64,000 nucleotides of DNA from an uncultured Alphaproteobacteria bacterium (GCA_963732155.1 CAVSYB010000006.1:400296-464295); one strand, 5' to 3'; counted from the first letter of the stretch, positions 34,196 through 44,144 are shown. Notes: generated from the letters alone by a model not told the origin. Translations and numbers: made by a program.

Positions 34196-35257
34196 TCAGG
34201 AATCGACCTGGACAGGCGGCGACAGATGCGCGCGCGCCTCGTTCGCCTGCGCGATCATTTCGCGTATCTTTCCCAAGAGTTCTTGCCGCACCATGTCGTA
34301 GCCGACTTCGACGGCGCCGGCGAAACTCTCCGCGTCGGCGCCGCCATGGCTCTTGATGACGACGCCGTCGAGGCCGAGAAACACCCCGCCATTGACCCTG
34401 CCGGGGTCCATCTTCTCACGCAGCGCGTCAAACGCGCCGCGCGCCAGGAAATAGCCGAGGCGCGAGAGCCAGCTGTGGTTCATCGCATCGCGCACGTATT
34501 GGCCGATCTGCTTGGCCGTGCCTTCCGCGGTCTTCAACGCGATGTTTCCCGTGAAGCCCTCGGTCACGAAGACGTCGACCGTGCCGCGGCCGAGATCGTC
34601 CCCCTCGACGAAGCCGTGATAGTCGAGATGGGGAAAGGACGCCTCACGCAGCACCCTGCCCGCCGCCTTGACCTCTTCGAGCCCCTTGATCTCTTCGACG
34701 CCGACGTTGAGCAGGCCGACCGTCGGGCGGTCGATGTCGAAGACGATGCGCGCCATCGCCGAGCCCATGATCGCCAGGTCGATCAGGTGCTGCGCGTCGG
34801 CGCCGATGCTCGCCCCGACGTCGAGCACGATCAATTCGCCGCGCAGCGTCGGCCATATCGCGGCGATCGCCGGGCGATCGATCTGCGGCATGGTGCGAAG
34901 GCAGATCTTCGCCATCGCCATCAGCGCGCCGGTGTTGCCGGCCGATATGGCGAAATCCGCCTCGCCCTTCTTCACCGCGTCAATCGCCTGCCACATCGAG
35001 GAGGAGCGGCGGCCGGCGCGCAGCGCCTGGCTCGGCTTGTCGGTCATCTTGACCGAAACGTCGCAATGGACGAGCCGGGTCTTCTTCGCCAATGCGGCGT
35101 TCGCCGCGAGCAGCGGGCGGATCAACTTCTCGTCGCCGTAGAGGGAAAAGCTGACGTCCGGGCGACGCACAAGCGCGATCGCCGCCGCCGGCACAACGAC
35201 CGAAGGTCCGCAATCGCCACCCATCCCGTCCAGCGCTATGCGGACCTCGTTAGCCAT
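34196..35257 (-). CDS. plsX: Phosphate acyltransferase PlsX
   Basis: ATG at 35257: [18 protein letters not shown]...[10 protein letters not shown]...[13 protein letters not shown]. The upstream 61 codons of the track ORF are rejected. Confidence 0.95.
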   Translation of the reverse strand: MANEVRIALDGMGGDCGPSVVVPAAAIALVRRPDVSFSLYGDEKLIRPLLAANAALAKKTRLVHCDVSVKMTDKPSQALRAGRRSSSMWQAIDAVKKGEADFAISAGNTGALMAMAKICLRTMPQIDRPAIAAIWPTLRGELIVLDVGASIGADAQHLIDLAIMGSAMARIVFDIDRPTVGLLNVGVEEIKGLEEVKAAGRVLREASFPHLDYHGFVEGDDLGRGTVDVFVTEGFTGNIALKTAEGTAKQIGQYVRDAMNHSWLSRLGYFLARGAFDALREKMDPGRVNGGVFLGLDGVVIKSHGGADAESFAGAVEVGYDMVRQELLGKIREMIAQANEARAHLSPPVQVDS

Positions 35258-35446
35258 CCCAGCGAACACCCCATGCGCGTCGCGCGCCCGGCTCCCGACC
35301 CCCGAACGCGGCGGACAATAGCCGCTTCGGCGCCCAACGCAAATCGGTCCAAAATCGTTTCGTCTTGGCGCGCAAGCCGCCGCGCACGGCCGCGCGCGGG
35401 TTCGCCGGGCGCGCCAGGAAACCTGCTCGATGCGCGGCAAGGACCG

Positions 35447-35989
35447 TCAGTTGTTCTGCGGCTCGTCGTTCAATTTCGCCGATGGCGAGTCCCGCGCGTC
35501 GTTCGCGGCGGGCGGCGCGAACTCGACGCCCGGCTTGCGCGGATAGGGATCGAGCCCGAGAATCATGAACTCGGCCGCCAGCGCGCCAAGGTCGATCTTG
35601 CCGTCGACGATCGGGTCGGGAGCCTCCTCGCCGTCCATCGCCAAGGATTCGGCGCCGGCCGCGGCCGACGGCGGCGCGCGTCCGCCGCCCTCCCCCGCGG
35701 GCGCCGCAAAACGCACGTCGACCGGCTTGTCCAGCGTGACGTCGAACGGCTCCAGCGAAACGACGCAAGTTTGCGTCACCTCCGCGTGAACCGCGCCGCG
35801 CACCCGAATCATGCCGCGTCCGACGCGGCGCAGGCTGAATTGGGCGGCGAGGCGGCCTACGGCGGGCAGGCCGTCGAGTTTGGCCAAAGCGGCGCGCTCC
35901 GCCTCGCCGGCCTCGATCGTCTGTTCGAGGCCTTCGCGCGGAATGGATTCGACCCTGACCGGCCGCGCGAACGGCTTATCCTCGACCAT
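35447..35989 (-). CDS. yceD: DUF177/YceD family protein
   Basis: Conserved position upstream of plsX. CVVSLEPF...DLGALAAEFMILGLDPYPRKPG. Confidence 0.8.
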   Translation of the reverse strand: MVEDKPFARPVRVESIPREGLEQTIEAGEAERAALAKLDGLPAVGRLAAQFSLRRVGRGMIRVRGAVHAEVTQTCVVSLEPFDVTLDKPVDVRFAAPAGEGGGRAPPSAAAGAESLAMDGEEAPDPIVDGKIDLGALAAEFMILGLDPYPRKPGVEFAPPAANDARDSPSAKLNDEPQNN

Positions 35990-36554
35990 CGCCGGCCTCC
36001 GTCTCCGCCGGCGCGCGGTTCAGGGTCGGAAACTCGACGTCTCCGCCGGCGAAAATCTCGAGCGGCGTCCGATCGAGCGCGCCGGCGGTCGCGCGCACGA
36101 ATTGGGCGAGGCGAGGCGCCTTCGGCGCGAGCGCGACGTCCGCCACGCCGTAAACGTTGCGCGCCAGGGCCGCGAGCAGGCGATCCGACGCGGCCTCGTC
36201 CAGAGCCTCGCCATAGGCCTTGCTGCGGCCATAGAACGCTTCCGCCATCCGCTTGAGGCGCTTGGCGACCGCGATGTCGCCGAGGCCCATCTCGCGCAGC
36301 GCGACCTCGAAATGGCGAAACACGCCGTCGGCAAGGTCATGCGCCAACGCCGTTCCCGCCTCCGGCTGGCGCATCAGACGGCGCATGACGAGGCCGGCGT
36401 GCAACGTCACCATCTCGAACCGGCCGTCGAAAGTGTCGGGCACGCCGAGATCGGCGTAGAGAGCCGGTCGCCGGGCGGCGGCCACGATCTTGCCGTGAAT
36501 CTGGTCGATCAGAATGCGGTTGGCTCGTCGGGCGCGCCAGTGCGCGAAGATCAT
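35976..36554 (-). CDS. Ubiquinol-cytochrome c chaperone (Cbp3-like) family protein
   Basis: DTFDGRFEMVTLHAGLVMRRL...FEVALREMGLGDIAVAKRLKRMAEAFYGR. Confidence 0.7.
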   Translation of the reverse strand: MIFAHWRARRANRILIDQIHGKIVAAARRPALYADLGVPDTFDGRFEMVTLHAGLVMRRLMRQPEAGTALAHDLADGVFRHFEVALREMGLGDIAVAKRLKRMAEAFYGRSKAYGEALDEAASDRLLAALARNVYGVADVALAPKAPRLAQFVRATAGALDRTPLEIFAGGDVEFPTLNRAPAETEAGDGRG

Positions 36555-36645
36555 GTCGCCGCCTTGCTTTTTGCGCGCGCCATGGGTTAGGCATCACGGT
36601 CGGATATGGCAAGCGAAAAAGCGTCGTCGAAGCGGAGAGTTTGAC

Positions 36646-37113
36646 ATGGGGCGGGGATCACCGGCGCCGCGCGCGCGCAAAGGCGCGGCGTGGTTCGTCT
36701 GCATTCTCGCGCTCGGCCTCGGTCTGAGCGGCTGTATCGGCTATGACGGCGATTTTGACCGCGGCTACGTCGTCGACCCGCGCGCGATGGATCAGCTCAA
36801 GGTCGGCGCGACGACCAAACCGCAGGCGCTCACCCTGATGGGGACGCCGTCGACCACTTCGACCGTCGGCGGCGACGCCTGGTATTACATCGGCCAGAAG
36901 TTGCAACGCTCGCTGGCGTTCATGGCGCCGAAGATGACCGACCAGTTCGTCATCGCCCTCTATTTCGACAAGAACGGCAAGATCGACCGCATCGCCAACT
37001 ATGGAATGAAGGACGGCGTGGTCTTCGATTTCGTCTCGCGCACCACGCCCACCGGTGGCTCCGAGCCGAATTTCCTCAACAATATGTTCAAGAACCTGAT
37101 GAAATTCGGTTGA
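36646..37113 (+). CDS. bamE: Outer membrane protein assembly factor BamE (SmpA/OmlA lipoprotein)
   Basis: ATG at 36646. Lipobox LGLGLSGC, then LKVGATTKPQALTLMGTPSTTSTVGGDAWYYI. Confidence 0.8.
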   Translation: MGRGSPAPRARKGAAWFVCILALGLGLSGCIGYDGDFDRGYVVDPRAMDQLKVGATTKPQALTLMGTPSTTSTVGGDAWYYIGQKLQRSLAFMAPKMTDQFVIALYFDKNGKIDRIANYGMKDGVVFDFVSRTTPTGGSEPNFLNNMFKNLMKFG

Positions 37114-37230
37114 CGGCGGTCGCCAAGGGCGCCCGCCAAAGACCGGGGATTTGGCCTTTGGCGCGACGCCCCGCGAGCGTGCGAACGGCGGCTCGGCGAG
37201 CCGCGTCGGTCGGACTGTTGCGGCCCGCCG

Positions 37231-37662
37231 TCAGGCGGTCGCAATGTAGTCCCGCAAGGCGCGATGCTCGCTCTCGATCTCGTTGACATGGAACTTCACG
37301 ACGTCGCCGATCGAAACGAGCCCGACGAGCTTCCCGTTGGCGACGACCGGCACATGGCGAAAGCGTCCATTGGTCATCGTCTGCATCACGCTGTCGATGG
37401 CGGTGTCCTCGGTCACGGTGAAGACTTTGGCGGTCATGTGGCGGGACACCGCGTCGCCGAGCGCGCTCGCGCCCCCGGCGCCGATCGCGCGCACGATGTC
37501 GCGCTCGGAAAGAATGCCGAAGACGTTGTTGGCGGCGTCGGCGACGACGACGGCGCCGATCCCCTTGCCGGAGAGCAATTCTGCGGCCTCCATCAGGGTG
37601 CGATGGGGTTGGGTCGTTACGACGTCGCGGCCCTTGCCGGCGAGAATTTGAGCAACGCTCAT
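37231..37662 (-). CDS. CBS domain pair protein
   Basis: ATG at 37662 with GGAGGAGG upstream. MSVAQILAGKGRDVVTT...GAVVV...GILSERDIVRA...RHVPVV..GKLVGLVSIGDVV. Confidence 0.85.
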   Translation of the reverse strand: MSVAQILAGKGRDVVTTQPHRTLMEAAELLSGKGIGAVVVADAANNVFGILSERDIVRAIGAGGASALGDAVSRHMTAKVFTVTEDTAIDSVMQTMTNGRFRHVPVVANGKLVGLVSIGDVVKFHVNEIESEHRALRDYIATA

Positions 37663-37964
37663 GTCCTCCTCCCTCAATTCGCGAGGCTGCTGGTCGCCGC
37701 AGCCTTCCCCACGACAATGCGCCGCTCGCCCCGCGCCGGCAAGGATAAACCGCGACCGTCCGGCGCCGTATCCACCGCGCGCCCCGGCGATGCGGGTCGG
37801 CTGACGCAGCGGCCGAGGACCGCGACTCCCGGCAATCGCCGCGCGGCCAGGTCGGCTCGCTTCGCCAGGCGTTCGGCGTTGGCGGGCGGAAGGTTGCGAT
37901 GCGCGAGACCCCGCACTATGGTCGCGCCCGCTTCTCGGGCCGACGCAGGGCCTCTGGGGCCCTT

Positions 37965-38039
37965 TGGGGCGTCGCCAAGCGGTAAGGCAGCGGATTTTGA
38001 TTCCGCCATGCGGAGGTTCGAATCCTCCCGCCCCAGCCA
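37965..38039 (+). tRNA. tRNA-Gln (anticodon UUG), CCA encoded
   Basis: I folded the cloverleaf by hand: acceptor TGGGGCG/CGCCCCA, D arm GCC-AAGCGGTAA-GGC, anticodon arm GCGGA-TTTTGAT-TCCGC, T arm GGAGG-TTCGAAT-CCTCC, then G-CCA. Confidence 0.9.
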
Positions 38040-38360
38040 ATGATTTCAATCACTTGGATGAGGACGGATTCCGGAAGAGTGTCTTTTTGGCCGCTACGTG
38101 CGCCCGCTGGTTCAGTCTCGCTCCCGCTCATCATCCGATCCGATTTCGAGCTTCGCGTCAGTTGCGACGATCATCGTGTGCGACGATCATCGTGACGCCA
38201 TTGACGAGGGTCTCGCCAACAAGCCTCTTGTCCTCGACGCGCTCATTAAAATTGGCAGCATCCTCATCCTGCCCAAGGGGCCGCGCGCAGCCATGCGCCC
38301 GGCGTGGCGCGCCCCTCGCGGCGTGCTATCTTCAGCGGTCCAACAGAAGCGGCGGATTCC

Positions 38361-38774
38361 ATGACAGAGACGCTCGATTCCCGATGGGCCGACTTGAAGC
38401 TGAAAATCGACGGCCTTGTGCCGCCGGACAAACTGTTCCACCGACGAGTGCTGTTCGATGGGCTCTACGCATCGTTTCCCAAAGACCCCGAAGCAAAGGT
38501 GCAGATCTACACCGCCGAGATCGTGCCCAAGGGCTGGACCAACTTCCATTGTCACAACGGCGCGACGTTCTTCATCGCGCTGCAGGGCGTCTTCGAAGCC
38601 CATTTCGAGGACGGCGTCCTGATTCGCGCCAGGGCCGGCGACGTCTATTCGGAGCCGATCGGCAAGATGCATCGCGGCCACAACCCTCACGACACAATTC
38701 CTTATCTGTGCGTGGCGATTTGCGTCACCGCGCCGGACCACGACCACGTGACCAACGTCGTCCAGGCCTTTTGA
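38361..38774 (+). CDS. Cupin domain protein
   Basis: GWTNFHCHNGATFFIALQGVFEAHFEDG...AGDVYSEPIGKMHRGHN is a cupin two-motif pattern. Start uncertain (the track ORF begins at 38304). Confidence 0.65.
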   Translation: MTETLDSRWADLKLKIDGLVPPDKLFHRRVLFDGLYASFPKDPEAKVQIYTAEIVPKGWTNFHCHNGATFFIALQGVFEAHFEDGVLIRARAGDVYSEPIGKMHRGHNPHDTIPYLCVAICVTAPDHDHVTNVVQAF

Positions 38775-39038
38775 GGCCGCGTCCTTTGACACCGCCGGCG
38801 CGCCTTGACACGCCAGGTGTGGGCCGTGGTCCCGCTGAGGGTTTCGATCACGAGACCAAGATGGCGACTGCGCGGCGCGTCCACAACGAAAAGGGGCGCC
38901 TGCCCATGCCGCATCACAGTCGATGGCGTGGGGCTCCACGGCCGTCGCCTGATCGCCGGCCCCGCGATGTCGAATGCCCCTTGACCAATCGGCTTACCTG
39001 GCCGTCATCGCTTCATCCGCTCCCGCAGCGCGGCCGTC

Positions 39039-39272
39039 CTACGGTCTTTGACCGGATCGCGCCCGAACATAGGCGCGCTCGCCGTTTCGCGCAGAGAACC
39101 AGACTTCCAGCATTTCCCCTGATTTCGGATCGACGAAGCGCTCGCCGGTGAAACTCCAGTCGCCGCCCGGCGGCGAATCCAAAGGCTGCCGCTTGTAGCC
39201 GCCGCTGCGAAAAACGAACCACACGAGCCCCAGCGTGATAAAGATCGCGGCCGGAAACAGAAGTCCGATCAT
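39039..39272 (-). CDS. Small single-TM protein (77 aa), coupled to the ybjQ-like gene
   Basis: MIGLLFPAAIFITLGLVWFVF. Its ATG overlaps the upstream gene's stop codon (ATGA). Confidence 0.45.
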   Translation of the reverse strand: MIGLLFPAAIFITLGLVWFVFRSGGYKRQPLDSPPGGDWSFTGERFVDPKSGEMLEVWFSARNGERAYVRARSGQRP

Positions 39273-39592
39273 CGCTGCGGTTCGATGACGGCGGCGGTGC
39301 CGTAAGCGACGATCTCGCTCATCGTATTGCCGATCTCGGCGCTATCGTAGCGCATCATCAGGACGGCGTTGCCGCCCATCGCCGTCGCGTTCTGGACGAG
39401 CCGGTCCAGGGCGTGGCGGCGCGCCTCCTCCAGCAATTGCGTATATTCGTGAATCTCTCCGCCGACGATCGAGCGCAGTCCCGCCATCAAATTGCCGCCC
39501 AGCCCCCGGCTCCGCACGACCACCCCGAAACATTGTCCGAGCGTCTGAACGGTACGATATCCCGCAACGTTTTCGGTCGTGGCGACGATCAT
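39269..39592 (-). CDS. YbjQ/UPF0145 family (heavy-metal-binding-like) protein
   Basis: MIVATTENVAGYRTVQTLGQCFGVVVRSRG...GGEIHEYTQLLEEARRHALDRL...GGNAVLMMRYD. ATG at 39592 with a G-rich SD. Confidence 0.85.
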   Translation of the reverse strand: MIVATTENVAGYRTVQTLGQCFGVVVRSRGLGGNLMAGLRSIVGGEIHEYTQLLEEARRHALDRLVQNATAMGGNAVLMMRYDSAEIGNTMSEIVAYGTAAVIEPQR

Positions 39593-40063
39593 TGGCTTTC
39601 CCCCCAAATTTCAGCGGCGAGCTTGCCGGCGACGTTCTTCCGCAACCTCAGTCCGGCGGCCGCGCGAATTGAATGATTCTCCCCGACAAGGAGCGAGCGC
39701 CTGATTCCGACGAGGCGCAACCGCCTTGCCGCCGGCTGGCCGCTGGAGGAATCTGCGCCATTTCGGTGATTCCGACAAGCCGACTTCTTGGCTGACGATT
39801 GTCTCCGCCGAGCTGTCGAAGCCTCGGAACGGGCGCCGTCGCCGAAAGCCGCCGCGGTCAAAGGCGATTCGGAAAAATCGGTCCGACGCGACCTTCCCCC
39901 AAAGCCGCCCCGCGCGATCGACGGCGCGAACCAGCCGCGCCGATCGAATGGCCACGCCTTGTCGCCGATTCGTCAACCCGAAAGCGCCTCTTCACCCCGT
40001 CGATGGTCCAAGCTAGAGTCAAGGCCGCCGGGCGGATCAGGCCATCCACACAGGACGCGGCGG

Positions 40064-41155
40064 TTGACAAGTTCTCTTCCAGGGCTCGCGCTCCTCGTCG
40101 GAGCGGTCGCCGTTCTCTATTCGATCGAGCCGGCGGACGCCTTCAAGCGGCGGCCGACGGGTTGCGACTGGATCGGCGGCGATTTTGCGGAACCCGGCGA
40201 GGTCATTTTCAACACGGGCTGCCGCGCCGGCGTGCGGCGCCGCGCCGGCGCGCCCGCTCAACCACGAGACGAGCCGCCGAGATTGCTCGATCGGCCGAAT
40301 GCGCGCGCGCCGGTCAACTATGGCGCCAGCACGCGCAAATCGATCGGCGCGGGGATCGAGCGCTTCGAGATCGTCGGCGGAACGGTCGCCTATGGACTGG
40401 ACGGCCAGGCGCGCTTGTGGCGGCTCACGCTCGGGGCGAAAGATTCGACGCAGGTCGCCGAATCCGTGAAACAGTTTCGCGCCACGGCGGCGGGCCCGCT
40501 GTTCGTGCTCGAAAAGGACGGCACGCTGTGGCGGGCCGAGGACGACGGGTCCAAGCAGACTTTTCTCGAGCACGAGGTCAACGACTTCCAGCCGGTGGGA
40601 GATCTGGTCGACGTCGCCACTACCGACAAACGCCTCTGGCGGCTGCGCCCCGACGGCCATGGCCGCGACCTCATCGACCAGAATGTCGCCGCGTTCCAGG
40701 CGGTCAGCGCGACGCTAGTCTTCGTTCTCGGAACGGACGGCGCTCTGTGGCGCGAGACCGGCGATTTTCACAGCCGCGTCAAGGTCGCCCAACCGGTGTC
40801 CGCGTTCGAATATGTGGCGGACGGCGATACGGCTTATGTCCTGACTCCGAGCCATGTCTTATGGCGCCAAAAAGGCGCGGGGACTCCCGGACAGGTCGAC
40901 CATGACGTCGCCGCCTTTCACGCGGTGGATATGAATTTGGCTTACGTCCTGGCGACGGACGGGCGGCTTTGGCAGGAACTGGGCGATCGCGCGCAAGCCG
41001 TGCTGGTCGACGGCGATCTGGCGGTGAAATCAGGGCCGGACGCCTTCCAGTTCGCCAGTTCGGCCGATATCGACGGGCAAGCTGTCTACATGCTCGACCG
41101 CGAACATGAATTGTGGGCCGAGACCATGCCCTCCGCGCGAAACGGCGGCAAATGA
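40064..41155 (+). CDS. Secreted seven-repeat (DG-x-LW) beta-propeller-like protein
   Basis: The in-frame TTG at 40064 gives the signal-like MTSSLPGLALLVGAVAVLYSIEPADA. Seven ~45-aa repeats end in ...DG.LWR (ARLWRL, GTLWRA, KRLWRL, GALWRE, HVLWRQ, GRLWQE, HELWAE). Start uncertain. Confidence 0.55.
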   Translation: MTSSLPGLALLVGAVAVLYSIEPADAFKRRPTGCDWIGGDFAEPGEVIFNTGCRAGVRRRAGAPAQPRDEPPRLLDRPNARAPVNYGASTRKSIGAGIERFEIVGGTVAYGLDGQARLWRLTLGAKDSTQVAESVKQFRATAAGPLFVLEKDGTLWRAEDDGSKQTFLEHEVNDFQPVGDLVDVATTDKRLWRLRPDGHGRDLIDQNVAAFQAVSATLVFVLGTDGALWRETGDFHSRVKVAQPVSAFEYVADGDTAYVLTPSHVLWRQKGAGTPGQVDHDVAAFHAVDMNLAYVLATDGRLWQELGDRAQAVLVDGDLAVKSGPDAFQFASSADIDGQAVYMLDREHELWAETMPSARNGGK

Positions 41156-41277
41156 AGCGACCTGAATGATGCAACAGGGAGCCAGAGCGCCGTTGTGCGA
41201 GTCGCGGCGACGGACGCGCGCTCGCGCCTCGCGAGACGGCCGCGAATGCGGCCGTGGCCGATTCAAACGCTTCCTCG

Positions 41278-42870
41278 CTACGCCGTCGCCGCGCTCGGCG
41301 CGAACAAGGCGGCGACCAGCGCGCCATTGGGGCTGCCGAGCCCGGTACAGGCGTCCCAGCCCGGACTTGCGGCGAAGGTTCCGTTGTCGCCCTGCGTGAT
41401 GTCGCGCAAGGCGGCCGGGTTCGAGTAAACCGTCGGATTGATGAAGCCGACCGGGCCGCCCTTCGCCGCGTTGATCCGCGCGATCAGGCCGGCCCACAGC
41501 GGCGCGACCGCGCTGGTTCCGCCGATCACGGTGTCGGTTCCGTCGATGCGCACATCGTAGCCGGTCTCCGGGTCGGCGTCGCCGCTGACGTCGGGCACGC
41601 CGCGCATGGTCAGAGCGCTCGCGCCGCCCGCGGTCTGCGTCACCCGCAGCCCGCTCTGCCATGTCGGAAGCGCAAAGACGTTGCTGACGCCGCCCCCACC
41701 CGAGCCTTCCTGCTGCGCTTGGTCGTTCCAGACGGTTTCGCTGGCGATCGTCGCGCCGGAGGCGTGAAGGCTGGTTCCTCCACAGGCCAGGGCGTGCGGG
41801 CTCGATGCGGGAAAATCGACGTGATTGGCGCCGTCGTTCACGCCGTCGCTCGAGCCGCTGTCGCCGGAGGCGACGCAGACGGTGACGCCCATCGTCGCGG
41901 CGGCCTGGAACGCCGAGTCGAAGGCGGTCATCGCCTGCTGGGTCCACGAGGATTCCGGCCCGCCCCAGCTGATGGAGAGGACGGAGGGCTTGTTCGCTGC
42001 GTCATGAACCGCGGTGGTGATCGCGTCGAGGAAACCGGAGTCGGTGTTGGGAGCGAAATAGACGACGACATGCGCCTGCGGGGCGATCGCGCCGACCACC
42101 TCGATGTCGAGCATGACCTCCCCGTCAGGACCGTCCGGATCGCCGGTCGGCTTGTTCTTCGCGTGATCCACCGAAACGACGGTGACCCTCGGCGGCGAGC
42201 TGACGCCGAGCGACGAGAAATAGGTCTTCAAATCCGCCGGCCGCTCGCCGCCGCCGAGCTCGATGATCGCCACGCATTCCCCCTGCCCGGCGCCCGGCGG
42301 GAAATTGTACAGCGAAGCGATCTGCAGCGGCGTGAAGGAGGCGCCGACGACCGCCGGCCTGCGCCGGGCCCGAGGCGCCCGCCGAACACGGAAATGCGGT
42401 TTGGCGGCCGGTCTGTTATCGAGACCGAGGACGGCTTCGACGCGGTCGCGCAGCTCGTCGGGCAATTGGACGCTCCCGACACGGCCGCGATACGAGCCGT
42501 CGGGGCCTTCGAACCGTTGCAGGTCCACGCCGAACGCGGCGTTGAACTTTGCGACGGCGCCGGAGAGCACGACGGTGCGGCGCCCCGCGTGCTCTTCGAC
42601 CACCGAGAGACCATGGTCCGCGGCAAACGTCCTGACCGCCGCGATGTCGTCAGCGGCGGCGCCGAACTGCCGCTCGAACTCTTCCCGGGAGAGAGTAGCG
42701 CCGCCGCCGCCGGGACCGGCGAGCTTGCCGACCCGCCCCCGCAACGCATCGGCGTTGCCGCGACGCAAAAGCACAGTGACTTCCAACTGCTCCGCAGGAT
42801 CGGCCTTCCCGACGGATTTTGCGCCCGCCATCGGCCGGCGTTCGCTGCCCGCAAGCACGTTCTTCGCCAT
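41278..42870 (-). CDS. S53 (sedolisin/kumamolisin-like) serine peptidase with pro-domain
   Basis: AAGGAG lies 7 nt upstream of the ATG at 42870. Pro-kumamolisin-like N-terminus, then GEVMLDIEVVGAIAP, SISWGGPE and ASGDSGS...ACGGTS catalytic-region motifs. Confidence 0.85.
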   Translation of the reverse strand: MAKNVLAGSERRPMAGAKSVGKADPAEQLEVTVLLRRGNADALRGRVGKLAGPGGGGATLSREEFERQFGAAADDIAAVRTFAADHGLSVVEEHAGRRTVVLSGAVAKFNAAFGVDLQRFEGPDGSYRGRVGSVQLPDELRDRVEAVLGLDNRPAAKPHFRVRRAPRARRRPAVVGASFTPLQIASLYNFPPGAGQGECVAIIELGGGERPADLKTYFSSLGVSSPPRVTVVSVDHAKNKPTGDPDGPDGEVMLDIEVVGAIAPQAHVVVYFAPNTDSGFLDAITTAVHDAANKPSVLSISWGGPESSWTQQAMTAFDSAFQAAATMGVTVCVASGDSGSSDGVNDGANHVDFPASSPHALACGGTSLHASGATIASETVWNDQAQQEGSGGGGVSNVFALPTWQSGLRVTQTAGGASALTMRGVPDVSGDADPETGYDVRIDGTDTVIGGTSAVAPLWAGLIARINAAKGGPVGFINPTVYSNPAALRDITQGDNGTFAASPGWDACTGLGSPNGALVAALFAPSAATA

Positions 42871-43273
42871 CGCACGTCTCCTTGCCAAAGCCGCCTAAGT
42901 CAGCGCGTTTCCCCAGCACGAAGCGTTTCGAATAAATCCGCCGCTTGCGCGATCCTCGTCGCGACGCGTTGCGCCGACGCCGCAGCGCCGGCGCCTGCAA
43001 TTGGCGCACAATCGCTCGAATCCCGGAAGCGTCTGATGTGATCCGCCGCGGTTCAGAATTGTCCATCGTTCGTTGGAATTGAATCGAATTTGCGCTGCCG
43101 TTCGGCCGGACTGCGCTGGCTGATTTCGTCCCGCTCGGCGGGCAACGAGTAGCGGCCGTTCCGGCGCAGCGTATTCCACGATTGCGGCGGCTTATCGCTC
43201 GAACCTCGCCGATGCGCCCGAGGACACGCGTTTGACGCGCGGGGCCCGATCGGCCAAATTCCCGTCGCACAAT

Positions 43274-43306
43274 CACCAACCTCGCACCAACCTCGCACCA
43301 ACCTCG
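43274..43306 (+). repeat. Perfect 11-bp x3 tandem repeat (caccaacctcg) 10 nt upstream of the SDR start codon
   Basis: Directly visible at 43274-43284, 43285-43295 and 43296-43306. Confidence 0.9.
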
Positions 43307-43316
43307 GCGGAAAACC

Positions 43317-44108
43317 ATGGCGCTCGCTCCGACGGCCGCGAATCTGACCATCGCCGACCTCGCCGAAAAGGTCGTTCTGATAACCGGCGCCTCGACCGGC
43401 ATCGGCGCCGCGCTGGCGCGCGGATTCGCCGCGCAGCGCTCGCGCGTCGCGATCAACTATCATTCCAGCGAGACCGCCGCGCAAAGTCTCGCGCAGGCGA
43501 TCAGAGAGGCCGGCGCCGAGGCGCTGCTGGTGCGCGGCGACGTCGCCAAGCCCGACGAATGCCAGCGCGTCGTCGAGGCGACGGCGGCGCATTTCGGCCG
43601 CCTCGACGGGCTCATCAACAACGCCGGCCTGATGCTCGGCCGCGTGCCTTCGTTCGAGGCGGGCGACGCGCACATTTCCGATGTGATCGACCTCAACGTG
43701 CGTTCGGTGCTCAGCGTCACCCGCGCGGCGACGCCCTGGCTGGAGCGCCAGGGCGGCTTCATCATCAACACCACGTCGATCGCGGCGCGCAACGGCGGCG
43801 CCGGCGGCGCCGTGCTCTACGCGGCGGCGAAGGGGTTCGTATCGACGCTGACGCGCGGCCAGGCCAAGGAGCTGATCGGCAAGAAGATCCGCGTCAACGG
43901 CGTCGCGCCCGGCGTCATCGCGACGCCGTTCCACGAGCGCTACACCAACGCCGCGCAACTGGAGGCGGCGCGTCAGACGATCCCGATGGGCCGCGTCGGC
44001 GCGGCGGAGGAATGCGTCGGCGCCTATCTGTTCCTCGCCTCCGAAATGCTCAGCGGCTACATCATCGGGCAGATCATCGAAGTGAACGGCGGGCAGTTGA
44101 TGCCGTAA
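43317..44108 (+). CDS. SDR family oxidoreductase
   Basis: VVLITGASTGIGAALA, NNAG, and S...YAAAKG catalytic motifs. Confidence 0.9.
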   Translation: MALAPTAANLTIADLAEKVVLITGASTGIGAALARGFAAQRSRVAINYHSSETAAQSLAQAIREAGAEALLVRGDVAKPDECQRVVEATAAHFGRLDGLINNAGLMLGRVPSFEAGDAHISDVIDLNVRSVLSVTRAATPWLERQGGFIINTTSIAARNGGAGGAVLYAAAKGFVSTLTRGQAKELIGKKIRVNGVAPGVIATPFHERYTNAAQLEAARQTIPMGRVGAAEECVGAYLFLASEMLSGYIIGQIIEVNGGQLMP

Positions 44109-44144
44109 CGCCGCGTTCGGCGCGACCCGGGGGAGGAGACTCGC

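Noticed and set aside
34154-36256. 700-aa plus-strand ORF
   Set aside because: Antisense to plsX, yceD and the Cbp3-like gene, all of which have strong family signatures. The product is Arg-rich and low in complexity.
38187-38939. 250-aa minus-strand ORF next to tRNA-Gln, considered as a possible integrase
   Set aside because: No integrase motifs. It lies antisense to the cupin gene and its composition is typical of a shadow ORF.
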